Shown piece by piece: positions 6,810 through 7,528 of a DNA stretch of 7,528 nt. Source of the stretch: Octopus sinensis (Eukaryota); contig NW_021828862.1 in assembly GCF_006345805.1 (NCBI RefSeq), positions 1 through 7,528 on the forward strand. Reading direction: 5' to 3'. A program made the translations under genes and the position numbers. Each line of letters begins with the position of its first letter. Positions within the stretch are counted from its first letter, which is position 1. The notes under the pieces are model-generated. The model did no database searches and was not told the DNA's origin. It saw only the letters and a list, made by a program, of their open reading frames with translations.

Positions 6810-7210
6810 GTGGAAGCACTCCGTCGGTTACGACGACGAGGGTTCCGGTTGATCCGAATCAACGGAACAGCCTGCTCGTGAAATTAACGTGAAAGTGGCA
6901 GAGCACTCCACAGACACGTGTACCCTTAACGTAGTTCTCGGGGATATTCAGCGTGACACAGAGAGTGACGAGGCCGGCCCTTTGAAATACAGGTACAACA
7001 GAAACAGGAAGTAAGAGTGAGAGAAAGTTGTGGTGAAAGAGTACAGCAGGGATCACCACCATCCCCTGCCGGAGCCTCGTGGAGCTTTAGGTGTTTTCGC
7101 TCAATAAACACTCACAACGCCCGGTCTGGGAATCGAAACCGCGATCCTATGACTGCCCTAACCACTGGGCCATTGCGCTGCCCTAACCACTGGGCCATTG
7201 CGCCTCCACT
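6810..7210 (-). mobile_element. Full-length tRNA-derived SINE with a 14-bp TSD and a duplicated A-box segment
   Basis: TSD TAATATTTATATAT at 6796-6809 and 7211-7224. B-box GGTTTCGATTCC (7140-7129). A-box TGGCCCAGTGG twice (7197-7187, 7172-7162). Confidence 0.93.
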
Positions 7211-7225
7211 TAATATTTATATATA

Positions 7226-7262
7226 CTAGCAGAATGATCGCCCTCCGGACGGTTTTCTGCCG
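7226..7262 (-). mobile_element. Possible 3' terminus of a second Helitron-type element
   Basis: Minus strand reads ...CTGCTAG|T at 7226 with a GC-rich quasi-hairpin (CCGTCCGGAGGGCG) nearby. ACTAGCAG..ATCGCCC resembles the terminus at 554-569. The 5' end was not identified. Confidence 0.4.
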
Positions 7263-7404
7263 GCCACTTGATAATATTTTCACATTTAATTCCCAATTCT
7301 AATAATTTTTATGATATTGTTTGCCATCGTGCCTTTGCTGCTAAATGTTCTTTGTCAGTTGCATATTTTAGCATTTCTTCTGGTTGAACCCGCAGAAATG
7401 CCAA

Positions 7405-7528
7405 AATGAACAGTGCAAGTGGCTGAGCACTCCACAGACACGCGAACACTTCACGTCGTCCTCAGGGACATTCAGCATGACACAGAATATAATAAGGCTG
7501 GCTCTTCGAATTACAGGTACTATTCATT
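7405..7528 (-). mobile_element. Diverged SINE fragment sharing the 3' body of 6810-7210
   Basis: GTGCAAGTGGCTGAGCACTCCACAGACACG...TTCAGC.TGACACAGA...TACAGGTAC aligns to ~6885-6996 and runs to the window edge. Confidence 0.8.

Noticed and set aside
7129-7208. tRNA genes here and at 2324-2387 and 1470-1530
   Set aside because: A/B boxes are present but there is no complete cloverleaf, and each continues into a SINE body.

Overview
AT-rich, microsatellite-dense, repeat-dominated eukaryotic DNA. The SINE families look like those of octopus/coleoid cephalopods; this is inferred from recalled repeat sequences, not from a search. No intact protein-coding gene is supported, and most listed ORFs are translations of microsatellites. 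The main structure is a decayed minus-strand mariner (irritans-like) transposon, ~459-1849. It can be reassembled across three later events: a precisely inserted non-autonomous Helitron (555-952), a tRNA/CORE-type SINE inserted without a TSD (1086-1530), and a short templated insertion at its start codon. The window also holds several tRNA-derived SINEs with different tails and insertion signatures (no TSD, 14-bp TSD, 36-bp flanking duplication). Other features are a 42-bp-arm fold-back, a ~200-bp SINE/repeat tandem duplication, a 300-bp purine tract, and a degenerate minimal hammerhead-ribozyme-like motif (5882-5918) in a repeat bracketed by (TA)n.
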